DNA of 64,000 nucleotides from a virus: IMG/VR virus record IMGVR_UViG_3300005264_000001, positions 28,962 to 92,961 of that record; one strand, 5' to 3'. Below are positions 39,421 to 48,581 of the stretch, piece by piece. Under the pieces are notes generated by a model. That model worked only from the letters and a program-made list of their open reading frames with translations. It was not told the origin of the DNA and did not search any database. The first letter of the stretch is position 1; each line of letters opens with the position of its first letter. Made by a program: the position numbers and the translations under genes.

Positions 39421-40538
39421 TATGCTTTTATATTAAGCACAGGCTTAACCCTCCTTAAAATAGTCGCTGTTGGTTCAATAGCGTCTTCAATTACTTTTGC
39501 ATCTTTATAAGCATTAGGTGCCTCGTCAAGAGTACTTTGTGATATACTTGTACTATACACATTAGCATCTTTCATTTGAGTTTGAAATTCTTCTAAACTT
39601 AATTCTCTCTTAGCTTTTGCTCTTGAATACAATCTACCAGCTCCATGTGGTGCTGAATTATTCCAATCAGGATTACTTTTACCTTCACAAATTAAAAGAC
39701 CATCCTTCATATTAAAAGGTATAACCATTTTCTCACCTACGTATGAACGAATAGCTCCCTTTCTAATAATACCATCTCTAAAATCCATAAAGTTATGAAC
39801 TGAGGATATACGTTCTGTTTCATGTACAACTTTAAAATCAAACACTTCTTTTAACATAATATTTATCATTTCTACTCTATTTAAATCAGCATATTCTTGA
39901 GCGATTGACATATCATACAAATAATCTGAACTATCTTCCTCAGATAAGAACGCTAACTCTTTACAAGTTTGAGTTTTATCTGTTTCAATAGCTATCTTTT
40001 GCCAATAGTCACAAACTTCTTTACCAAATCTTCTACTTCCTGAATGTACAGTCAACCAATAGTCACCAGTCTCATCTTTACCTAACTCAATAAAGTGATT
40101 ACCACCTCCAAGTGTTCCAATTTGTTTTAGTACATTACTTGTCTCTAATTTATTAATCTTCTTACAAATTAAATCAATTTGTCCATAAGTTCCCATATTT
40201 ACATTTGTTTCTTTTTCCTTACTCTTAAATCCAAGTGGTACATATTTTCTAATTAAAATATCTGTGTCTTTTAAGGTCAATGGTATATGTTTACCTATAT
40301 TTACAGATAGAACCCCACATCCGATATCTACAGATATCACGTTGGGACAAACTCTCTTTCCTATTGGACAAGTAAATCCAATAACACTACCTTTCCCCAA
40401 ATGACAGTCAGGCATTACTTTAATAGGAACATCTTTGAAATGTTCTACATTACAGAGACTTTGTATTTGTGAGTAAGTCGCTGCGTCAATATCTTCTGTC
40501 ATTACTTTTGCTGTGTTGTATTTTCCTTTAATTTCCAT
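39420..40538 (-). CDS. rtcB: RtcB RNA ligase
   Basis: MPDCHLGKG, VDIGCG, GTLGGGNHFIE, HSGSR, HN, RKGA, SAPHGAGR and DEAPNAYK motifs. Confidence 0.95.
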   Translation of the reverse strand: MEIKGKYNTAKVMTEDIDAATYSQIQSLCNVEHFKDVPIKVMPDCHLGKGSVIGFTCPIGKRVCPNVISVDIGCGVLSVNIGKHIPLTLKDTDILIRKYVPLGFKSKEKETNVNMGTYGQIDLICKKINKLETSNVLKQIGTLGGGNHFIELGKDETGDYWLTVHSGSRRFGKEVCDYWQKIAIETDKTQTCKELAFLSEEDSSDYLYDMSIAQEYADLNRVEMINIMLKEVFDFKVVHETERISSVHNFMDFRDGIIRKGAIRSYVGEKMVIPFNMKDGLLICEGKSNPDWNNSAPHGAGRLYSRAKAKRELSLEEFQTQMKDANVYSTSISQSTLDEAPNAYKDAKVIEDAIEPTATILRRVKPVLNIKA

Positions 40539-41025
40539 TTTTCATAAATTCCTCCATATATTCAATTGCTTCCTTTTCAGTAGGAAATATATAACTTGTA
40601 AATTTACCTGTTTTGTAAATATATAATGTAACAATATATTCATCAATACCTTCTTCTAATTCAAATGTATCGTTTACTCTTTGATAACAATCTTTATAGA
40701 TTGTGTTTTCAGTTCTCTTTTGTTCCCATTTTATGATTTCTCTTACCATAATAATAGTAATGATTGAACCTTTATAAGTCTTTGCTTTTCTCAACTCCAC
40801 GAAACCATGAATTGAACTTAAATCATTTACTACTTCAAACTTATTACATCCACCATGAGCATTTATACTAAGTTGTCTTTCTTCTCCTGTATGTTTAAGA
40901 TGCTTATAAGTAAATATACTACATACACCCCAATCATCTTTTAACTTACTGTGTTTACAGAACTTACAACATTTAAACATTGTGTAATCTACACTTTTCA
41001 AAACTTCTAATTTATTTAAGTCCAT
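40528..41025 (-). CDS. Cys-rich ORF read through an internal promoter cassette into a second gene (own start at 40749)
   Basis: Contains the 58-bp cassette shared with 6726-6783. Confidence 0.6.
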   Translation of the reverse strand: MDLNKLEVLKSVDYTMFKCCKFCKHSKLKDDWGVCSIFTYKHLKHTGEERQLSINAHGGCNKFEVVNDLSSIHGFVELRKAKTYKGSIITIIMVREIIKWEQKRTENTIYKDCYQRVNDTFELEEGIDEYIVTLYIYKTGKFTSYIFPTEKEAIEYMEEFMKNGN

Positions 41026-41212
41026 TATTCAAATCACTAACTGACAACTTAACGTGCGTCCATTTTATAGTCTTTACTTTTATAGTATGACAATTCTTAC
41101 ATAAATATGTTATACTACAGCAAGGAATTTTACATCCGTAACTTGTATCAATAAAATTAAATGTTTTGATTGGTTCATAATTATGAAAACCAAATATACA
41201 ACTTAATTTCAT
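41012..41212 (-). CDS. small Zn-binding protein (DUF1660-like)
   Basis: MKLSCIFGFHNY...CKNC. Confidence 0.55.
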   Translation of the reverse strand: MKLSCIFGFHNYEPIKTFNFIDTSYGCKIPCCSITYLCKNCHTIKVKTIKWTHVKLSVSDLNNGLK

Positions 41213-41354
41213 TTTGACACACCATTTTTATATAAGTCACTCTTTAAGAATAGTTGGAATTTCAAACTTTCGTTTTCGTCCCACAACTCTTTACATCTCT
41301 TTTCTAGAAACTCGTTTCTAATACTTAAACGTTTATTTTGTGCTTCTGTTTGAT

Positions 41355-41975
41355 TCATTTGTTAACCTCAGGATAACCAATACATAATAAATCATCTTTC
41401 TTTACTTCACAATCAATTCCATTATTTTTTATATCGTCTATCAACTCTCTTGTATCACAAGGTTTAAATAATATATGATAACCATTTTGAGTTTCAATCT
41501 TGAAATTAGCTTGAATATTTCTATTTGTTAACATACACAAAACAACTTCATCATTTTCTTTTTCATCTAAGTCTAACATAAAGTAATCTTTCTTACAAGG
41601 ATTTCTCGCTAAACACGAAATCCATTCTTTATCTACATTTACAATTTTAGTCATAATGTTTGGGTCATTTGAAATCTCATAATCCCAATTAGCCATTTTC
41701 TCTTTAAGATTCTTATATGCTTTCTTAACATTACGAGCATTGTAATTAACATATAATTTGTAATTATGTTTATCATCTAACTCAATTAATCCTGTAATCT
41801 CTTTATGAGCTCTTTCTAAACTCAACTCATTAGTTACAAGTCTTCTATATACAATTTCTTTTGCATGTGTAATATCATCGTTATCTTTCTTACGGCTTAT
41901 ACCTAAAATAAAGTATGAACCTTTATTAAAGTCAATTATTTCTTTTACCTTATCTATACTTATATATTTCATCAT
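41355..41975 (-). CDS. AEP (primase-polymerase)-superfamily-like protein
   Basis: MLDLD and ETQNGYHIL resemble AEP motifs I and II. Confidence 0.5.
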   Translation of the reverse strand: MMKYISIDKVKEIIDFNKGSYFILGISRKKDNDDITHAKEIVYRRLVTNELSLERAHKEITGLIELDDKHNYKLYVNYNARNVKKAYKNLKEKMANWDYEISNDPNIMTKIVNVDKEWISCLARNPCKKDYFMLDLDEKENDEVVLCMLTNRNIQANFKIETQNGYHILFKPCDTRELIDDIKNNGIDCEVKKDDLLCIGYPEVNK

Positions 41976-42287
41976 TTTTTAAACTCACAACCAACACAAG
42001 ATATATCTTTATCTTCTACAATTTCTCCATTTTTATATTTCAAAATTTCATCATCTTCTCCTCTACATTTGGAACAAAGTCCAACAGCTTTTACACTAAT
42101 TATTTCTACACTCATTTGTCTTCATCTCCACCTAACTGAATTATTTTTTCAGAATAACCAATATCTGTAATCTCAATATTCTCAAAACTTCTAACACTCA
42201 AAAACATGTCAGTAACACCATCAGTAAATGTAAACTGGATATCAAAATCCTCATAATCTTTTAACTCTTCTATTAATTCTTTCACTT

Positions 42288-42698
42288 TCATTCTTCTTTA
42301 TCCTCTTTGTTATGATATAAATCTATATTTTTAATGTTCTTACTTTTTAACCAATCATCATGTGCTTTCCAAAACAATTCCTCGTTTAATTTTAATGCTA
42401 CTTGTATTGCTCCATTATTAAGTGCGTGATTTTTATTAGATATTCTTTGTTCTTCATCTATTCTCTTTTTCCACTTTTCCTCAAATGTTAAATCATCTTC
42501 TTTATCTACTAAATTTTCTTTTACAAATTGACCTAATTCAAAAGCCTTTTCTGCAATCCTTCTTATATAAAAGTCCTCATCTTCTTTAAATTGGAATGAA
42601 CTTCCAAATAGATATTTTTTAAAACCAAATAAACCTTTAGTTTCAAATAAATCATTGTTTGTTAATTCAAATATCTCGTCTTTATTTAATTTTCTCAT
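42288..42698 (-). CDS. hypothetical protein
   Basis: ATGA-coupled ORF. Confidence 0.55.
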   Translation of the reverse strand: MRKLNKDEIFELTNNDLFETKGLFGFKKYLFGSSFQFKEDEDFYIRRIAEKAFELGQFVKENLVDKEDDLTFEEKWKKRIDEEQRISNKNHALNNGAIQVALKLNEELFWKAHDDWLKSKNIKNIDLYHNKEDKEE

Positions 42699-44089
42699 TC
42701 GTCTAACCCTCTATGAATAGTAACAAATTCTTTTAATTTTTCAAATTCATTCTCAATTTCACCATCACAAACCATTTCAAATAATGGTTCTAAGATTTCT
42801 TTAAACTCTGGACCTGGTTTCATACCCAGCGCAATTAAATCTTTACCTCCAAATTTCATATCCCCAATTTTAAAAGGTGTTTCTTTTTCTTTCAATTCGT
42901 AAAACTTCTTAATTATTTTGTTACCGGCATTAAATATTTCTAAACCTGTAACTTTCTCAAAAACTTTAACTACACTTTCACTTAGTTTAATTGGATTCTT
43001 CTTTTTATTTCCATGACAATCACAAAAGATAAGACTTCCTAATTCTTCAACAGTTACACCATTTTCTTCTAGTTCATTAAATAATTTAATATAAGTATTG
43101 GTTTTAATTGGATTACCTTCAATCATATATCCAAACATATGTCTTCTAATTAAACAATGAACATAATTAATTTCTTCAGTACTTGCTCCAAGATGTTTCA
43201 ACATATATTTCTTCATCAAACTTGCACCTTCTTTTTCATGACCATAAAAATGTGTACCTGTAACAAAATCATGTGTTCTAGTTCTAGCTTTTCCAATATC
43301 ATGAAATAAAGCACTCATAATAAATAAAGGATTATTTGAAATCTTTTGAGCTTCTTGCATTGTATAAATACAGTGTTCTCTTGGTGTTTCGTCATGAAAA
43401 TCTCCACCATCCATTTCCATTTCAGTTCTAAACCAAGTTAAAGGAAACATCTCACTAGCCCAGTATTTAATATGTTTCTCTTTTAAATAAGGTAATACTT
43501 TTTTAAATGAAATCCAAGTTCTTTCTTTTGCAACTCCACTAGTGTCAAACTCTTCAATAGCTTTTAATGTTTCTTCTTCAATATCAAAGCCTAATCTATC
43601 AGCTTGTTCTAAGTATCTGAAATATCTCCCATCATCTTCATTTAATCTATCTCTGGGTTCTCCAACAGCTCTTACAATTTTATCTCTAATATCTTCTAAC
43701 CCTTGGTAATTAAACGCATTACTAGAATGTATAATTCCATCACTTTTACAACATATACAATTCATAAACGCGTCGCAGGTTGCTTGATGTTCAAAAATAT
43801 CATTTCCAACTTCTTTTCTATCACCACTATTTCTATATTGAGAAATTTCTGTATCATCTACGATTACAGTTAGAATCTTTTCTTGTCTTTCTTCTCCACC
43901 AATAACTTTACCTTGTGGAAATACTTTTAGAATATCTGAACAATTTGTAAAGAGGTCAAAATCATGTGGTTCTATCTCTAATAAACTATCACGAATTGCA
44001 CCACCTATCAAAAATACCTCGAAACCTTCAGCTTCAAGTGTCTTCATCATGTCTTTAACTTTGTTTGGTATTACGATTTTTTTCATCAT
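42695..44089 (-). CDS. cca: class II tRNA nucleotidyltransferase (CCA-type) with HD domain
   Basis: GGAIRD...DFDL, EDDGRYFR, LFHDIGK, HFYGHE and GKDLIALG.KPGP motifs. Confidence 0.85.
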   Translation of the reverse strand: MMKKIVIPNKVKDMMKTLEAEGFEVFLIGGAIRDSLLEIEPHDFDLFTNCSDILKVFPQGKVIGGEERQEKILTVIVDDTEISQYRNSGDRKEVGNDIFEHQATCDAFMNCICCKSDGIIHSSNAFNYQGLEDIRDKIVRAVGEPRDRLNEDDGRYFRYLEQADRLGFDIEEETLKAIEEFDTSGVAKERTWISFKKVLPYLKEKHIKYWASEMFPLTWFRTEMEMDGGDFHDETPREHCIYTMQEAQKISNNPLFIMSALFHDIGKARTRTHDFVTGTHFYGHEKEGASLMKKYMLKHLGASTEEINYVHCLIRRHMFGYMIEGNPIKTNTYIKLFNELEENGVTVEELGSLIFCDCHGNKKKNPIKLSESVVKVFEKVTGLEIFNAGNKIIKKFYELKEKETPFKIGDMKFGGKDLIALGMKPGPEFKEILEPLFEMVCDGEIENEFEKLKEFVTIHRGLDE

Positions 44090-44274
44090 AATAATAATAA
44101 TGTTCTATTGTTTATAAGTCTTTGCTTTTCTAATCTTATCACAACTAATACACTTATATTTTACAGGTACTTCATGTTGTGGTCTAACACCACCCCAATA
44201 AACAACTCTGAACTCTCCACACGTACACAGAGTATCTAAATTAATTATCTCTTTCCCGATTAATTCACTTTTCA

Positions 44275-44658
44275 TCATTTTGTTTTCCTCTTAATAATAT
44301 CCATACATCTCTTAATTTCTAAACTTAATTCATTATAATCAGAACTTTTTATATTCATTGTACTATTATGAGGTAAATCAACTCTAAATTTATTTAAACT
44401 TCTGGATGCTTTACTTAAATAAAATCTTGTTTCTTCTAATAATTTAAAATCTTTATCTTTGTGAAATTTAATAATACAACATGCTATGTAGTCTAACATT
44501 CCACTTGTATTATAAAAACTATCTGTATCTAATACATACTTCTTATTTCGATAACACAATACAATTTCATCTTTCTCATTAATAGCAAAATCTATACTCT
44601 TAATTTTTTGTTTATAGAATTTCATAAGTTTCTGAATCCTAGTATTTTTATGTATCAT
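44275..44658 (-). CDS. hypothetical protein
   Basis: TATA about 22 nt upstream. Confidence 0.55.
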   Translation of the reverse strand: MIHKNTRIQKLMKFYKQKIKSIDFAINEKDEIVLCYRNKKYVLDTDSFYNTSGMLDYIACCIIKFHKDKDFKLLEETRFYLSKASRSLNKFRVDLPHNSTMNIKSSDYNELSLEIKRCMDIIKRKTK

Positions 44659-44829
44659 AGAATAAGTAATGTGTATGTGTTTATAAGTTTTTTGTAATAG
44701 ATGCCCAGTCTTATATCGTCACAATATGTTTTTATCTTTTTATTGACATCTATTGTATATAGTAAAATAAGATATGTTTATAAACATATGTGTAGAAACA
44801 GAATCTTTTATATATGACTTGTTGTCACT

Positions 44830-45174
44830 CTACAAGAACAACGAAATAACAATACTTCCAATAATTGATGTTATTAGGTATTGTTTCCACTCTTTCTTTA
44901 CAAATACAACAACATCTCTAAATGTAATTACAAGTCCACTATATTTAACTTTTACTTTTGTTTGTGAGAATTTCCAACCAAATCTTACATCAAATGATAC
45001 AAAACTAATTAGTAACCATAATCCAACTACCCAATCTAAACTAGGCAATGGAAAGAATATATTTTTAACTCTACTAAGTTGATTAAGAGGTTTAATTGTT
45101 GAGTGACTATAGTAACATCCAAGCTCATTCATTCTCTTATTTTCAAGTGTCTTAATTTCGTTTTTGTTAAACAT
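44830..45174 (-). CDS. hypothetical membrane protein
   Basis: Early promoter; hydrophobic segments. Confidence 0.45.
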   Translation of the reverse strand: MFNKNEIKTLENKRMNELGCYYSHSTIKPLNQLSRVKNIFFPLPSLDWVVGLWLLISFVSFDVRFGWKFSQTKVKVKYSGLVITFRDVVVFVKKEWKQYLITSIIGSIVISLFL

Positions 45175-45213
45175 ACTAATAGTAATACGTTATTATTTAT
45201 AAATCTTTGTATT

Positions 45214-45549
45214 TTAATAAATCCATTTTTCGTCACCGTTAGAATCATAATCATAAACTCTAGTCTTTACAGCTCTTTTATCAACTGCTACTTCATACCC
45301 TTGATATGTAAAGTGTTTTGATATTTCATTAAATGCATCAGCCAATCCTTCAGGTTTTGATGAATATTTGTATATTTCCCCTGTTGACATTTCTACTAAG
45401 AAGTTTCCTCCTTGTAATTTGATTATTACATCATCAGGTATCTTATTAATTGGGTTCATTCTTTCCCATCTAGGTGTTAGTTCAGAACTTCCAAAACAAT
45501 TCGTAGCATTCCATTTTTGTGATAATGGGTCACCTTTTTTGACTAACAT
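45214..45549 (-). CDS. hypothetical protein
   Basis: AGGTGA ribosome-binding site upstream. Confidence 0.55.
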   Translation of the reverse strand: MLVKKGDPLSQKWNATNCFGSSELTPRWERMNPINKIPDDVIIKLQGGNFLVEMSTGEIYKYSSKPEGLADAFNEISKHFTYQGYEVAVDKRAVKTRVYDYDSNGDEKWIY

Positions 45550-45672
45550 TTATTCACCTTATCCAGTTCATTTTTTATACTTTTATCTAGAAATTTCATC
45601 GTAGAAATAGAACTACATTTGTATTTATAAACTTATTGTGTGTGAGAATTATTTGTATAAAAAGAAATATAT

Positions 45673-45927
45673 TTATTTCATTCCGTTCTTATGGTTTTTA
45701 TAAACCCAAGCAGCGAATGCTTCTTTATTCTTTTCATCAGACCAATCTTTGTTTGTAGCTTTCTTAAACATTTTACCTAATTTAGTCATACCTTCAGATG
45801 ATGTTTTATCACCTAATAGAATCTTCCAACCTTTTTGTGCATCTTCGGACCAGTCTTTATATCCTTCTTTAATTGAGTTATTCTCAATTACACTTTCTAA
45901 TCTTTCTTTTATTGTTTTATCAACCAT
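45673..45927 (-). CDS. putative internal head protein
   Basis: TIKERLESVIE...IKE/G; start context TTATTCTATGGTTGATA shared with the protease gene. Confidence 0.45.
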   Translation of the reverse strand: MVDKTIKERLESVIENNSIKEGYKDWSEDAQKGWKILLGDKTSSEGMTKLGKMFKKATNKDWSDEKNKEAFAAWVYKNHKNGMK

Positions 45928-45967
45928 AGAATAATAAAATAAGTTTGTATTTATAAACTTATTTGTT

Positions 45968-47143
45968 CTAGATTACAATTTTAAGAATCGTAACACCTTG
46001 TTCTTTAGGTACATTTATATAAGCAGGGTCTCCTTTAACGTCATATCCAACAATTCCATCAGTGTTTTGTAAATCTACTCTCATTCCTTCAACATCATTT
46101 CCAATGATAAACATATTTTGTGATGCACGAGAAGATAAGTTCAAACCTTTATCAGCATATGGATTACTTCCAACAAGACTACCAGCACGAGCAAAGAAGT
46201 CACTAATTAAACAACTATGGATATGTCCAAATAAAATATAATCTATTTTAATTCCTTGTATACTGTATTTAGCTATAATCTTTTGAATTGAACCCTCAGG
46301 ATTCTTTTGTATACTTGTACCATGAGTTAGTAGAATATTATGACCATTAATACAAATAACTTTCTCAGATAACCCACCTTTGATAAAATTTACTCTATCA
46401 TCTTTTACAAATAAGTGTTCCAACATATTATCTAAACAATAATCTAAATTGTTTGAAAGTAAAATATCACTATGACCCATTTCTTTATCAATTCTTGATT
46501 CATTACCACAAACACTTACAACATCAACCATAAATCCACGTGAAGTTAAATCATTTATAATTTGACTAATCATAGAAGTACCTAACAACAATGATTGCAT
46601 AATATTGTGAGAATTAGTCAAAAGTTCATCAGTTCTACGTGGAGAATTAAACATATCACCAGTCATAGCAATTACAATTTTTTCGACTCCTGACTCTAAA
46701 AACTTCTCTCTTGATTTACTTACAAATTTCTTTAATCTCTTTCCAGCTACTTCCCAATCGTATGTGTTCATATCACTCTTCACACACTCACCAAAGTGTA
46801 AATCACTTAATTGTATAATACCAATCTTACAGTCTTGTTTTCTCTTGAATCTGACGTCCTTAGGTAGCTTAAAATCGAAATAGTCACCACCAATAGCATC
46901 TAATTTTTTAATTAAGGAAGAATTCATCTCAATCAAAGCATTATCTTTTCTAAATGCTTCTCGTGAAATTTTATTTGCGACTCTGTTTTTATCCATAAGT
47001 CCTTGTCTACTTTTAGCTAATTTAACTAAATCCAAGTCAACTGACCATTGAAAATTACATTCTTTACAAAGATATCGTTGCTTATTATTTCTTGTTCCTC
47101 TTTTGATAACATGATGTCCAAAACATCTATTACATTCATTCAT
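45968..47143 (-). CDS. calcineurin-like metallophosphoesterase with N-terminal Zn ribbon
   Basis: SDLH, GD, GNE, THG and GHIH motifs; CxxC...CxxC. Confidence 0.8.
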   Translation of the reverse strand: MNECNRCFGHHVIKRGTRNNKQRYLCKECNFQWSVDLDLVKLAKSRQGLMDKNRVANKISREAFRKDNALIEMNSSLIKKLDAIGGDYFDFKLPKDVRFKRKQDCKIGIIQLSDLHFGECVKSDMNTYDWEVAGKRLKKFVSKSREKFLESGVEKIVIAMTGDMFNSPRRTDELLTNSHNIMQSLLLGTSMISQIINDLTSRGFMVDVVSVCGNESRIDKEMGHSDILLSNNLDYCLDNMLEHLFVKDDRVNFIKGGLSEKVICINGHNILLTHGTSIQKNPEGSIQKIIAKYSIQGIKIDYILFGHIHSCLISDFFARAGSLVGSNPYADKGLNLSSRASQNMFIIGNDVEGMRVDLQNTDGIVGYDVKGDPAYINVPKEQGVTILKIVI

Positions 47144-47165
47144 AATAAAAAGAATTATAAAGTAT

Positions 47166-47705
47166 TTATAAATCTTTGTGTTTATAAGTTCTTACAATTT
47201 CAGTTTGTACTCCAATAATGTGTGATTGTTTCTCACTCATTCCATGTTCCATATGAATTCTTTTAATTTCATGACAATAACCATTATTTAAATCATTAGC
47301 AACAACATTGTTTAAAGTATTCAACTTCATTACAAATTCTTCAGTAAACTTTTCTTTTAATTCATATTCTTTAATCTTAGTTTTTTGATTTCCTAAAATA
47401 CCTTTAAGACTTTTAATATCTTTTTTTAACTTCTTAACCAGTAAATAATCATCTACACCTTCACGAGCATCAGCTTTTTCTAACTCTTCTTGAGGTCCCT
47501 CATTTTTAAACATACAATCTTCCCACATCCAAGAATTACCTCTAACTTTATAAAAGTCACCATTACATTCTTCTATGATTAATTTAGTGTTACAAAAATC
47601 AAACATTTCACTTCCCAAACCATGTGTACTAGTTTTCTCTACACTATTTAGTTGTGCTCTACTCTTAATTGTAACTTCGTCTCCTGGTTTATATTTTAAT
47701 ACCAT
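47166..47705 (-). CDS. hypothetical protein (SH3-like N-terminus plus coiled coil)
   Basis: KYKPGDEVTIK...WMWEDCMF. Confidence 0.55.
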   Translation of the reverse strand: MVLKYKPGDEVTIKSRAQLNSVEKTSTHGLGSEMFDFCNTKLIIEECNGDFYKVRGNSWMWEDCMFKNEGPQEELEKADAREGVDDYLLVKKLKKDIKSLKGILGNQKTKIKEYELKEKFTEEFVMKLNTLNNVVANDLNNGYCHEIKRIHMEHGMSEKQSHIIGVQTEIVRTYKHKDL

Positions 47706-47988
47706 AATAATATAGAATCAATTTGTATTTATAAGTGTTTGTATAGAATATGTATTGTTAAAATTAGTGGGTTGACTAGACCCACATGAATATTTATTAA
47801 AATACCCAAAAAGATAAAAACGTATTGTTACAATATATAACAATAATATAATAGAATTAAAATCTCTTTTTAAATATATTTAGAATAAACAAAATTATTA
47901 ATAAGTTTGTCCGAACTTCTGCTCCCACCTCATCGGGCTACTAACAAACGAACGCACAAACATGTCAAAGTTTGTTGCAACAAACCTC

Positions 47989-48075
47989 TACCTTGTACGG
48001 GATTTGAACCCGTGACCTCTCCGCAACATTAGCTAAATGTCTATGGGATGCTCTACCAAACTAAGCTAACAAGAC
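47989..48075 (-). ncRNA. tRNA-like RNA with extended anticodon arm
   Basis: GTCTTGT/ACAAGGT acceptor, D arm, ACGGG-TTCAAAT-CCCGT T arm; 30 nt in place of the 17-nt anticodon arm. Confidence 0.65.
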
Positions 48076-48083
48076 AATATAAA

Positions 48084-48161
48084 AGTACCCGACAGGAATT
48101 GAACCTACACATCTTCCACAACACAAAGGTGGATGCTTTACCTTAATTAAGCTACGGGCAC
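48084..48161 (-). ncRNA. tRNA-like RNA with 9-nt anticodon loop
   Basis: GTGCCCG/CGGGTAC acceptor; TCCAC/GTGGA stem closing loop CTTTGTGTT. Confidence 0.7.
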
Positions 48162-48168
48162 AAAACAC

Positions 48169-48268
48169 GAGGGTTAGGAGTTTAACCTAACTCGGATAAC
48201 TAGTATGTCCTTAAAATCAAACACAACTACTCAGCTAATTACTTCCTTTTGTTGCTGAAATTCCTCTC
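48169..48268 (-). ncRNA. degenerate cloverleaf-like RNA
   Basis: TTAGG-TTAAACT-CCTAA T-arm-like hairpin plus two stems; weak acceptor. Confidence 0.3.
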
Positions 48269-48378
48269 ACCATAAATGAGAGTTTAAGGTACTCTCAAAC
48301 CTTTGTATTTTAAACCCAAGACGAGTGTGATTCTGGCTAAACTTATCAATAACAAATCACAAATTATTGAAGCACATT

Positions 48379-48455
48379 TTAAAAGAGTGAGAATCGAACT
48401 CACGTCTACAAAGATTTTCCATCCCTGCCACATTTCCATAGTATGCTACCTTTTC
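48379..48455 (-). ncRNA. tRNA-like RNA with 8-bp anticodon stem and 5-nt loop
   Basis: GTGAG-TTCGATT-CTCAC T arm; GCAGGGAT-GGAAA-ATCTTTGT arm. Confidence 0.6.
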
Positions 48456-48470
48456 ATTATATTATTTTAT

Positions 48471-48581
48471 CGAAGTCGGGTAGATTACGAACTACCATCT
48501 TGGCTTAACCCCAAAGTCTTTAAGTACTAATTATCACTTTGTTGATGTTAAGTTGCTCTACGTATATTGAGCTACGTCCCC
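48471..48581 (-). ncRNA. tRNA-like RNA with long insert in the anticodon arm
   Basis: GCTC/GAGC D stem, GGTAG/CTACC T stem; nested CTTAAC/GTTAAG and CAAAGT/ACTTTG helices. Confidence 0.6.

Noticed and set aside
45968-47143. IS1 element suggested by the InsA-like N-terminal Zn ribbon
   Set aside because: Fused to a phosphoesterase; no transposase domain or terminal inverted repeats
48303-48530. 75-aa plus-strand ORF
   Set aside because: Antisense to the tRNA-like elements, TTG start, no promoter
47989-48581. Assigning anticodons or canonical introns to the tRNA-like elements
   Set aside because: No 7-nt loop with U33 and purine 37 in the right position, and no complete bulge-helix-bulge could be drawn by hand
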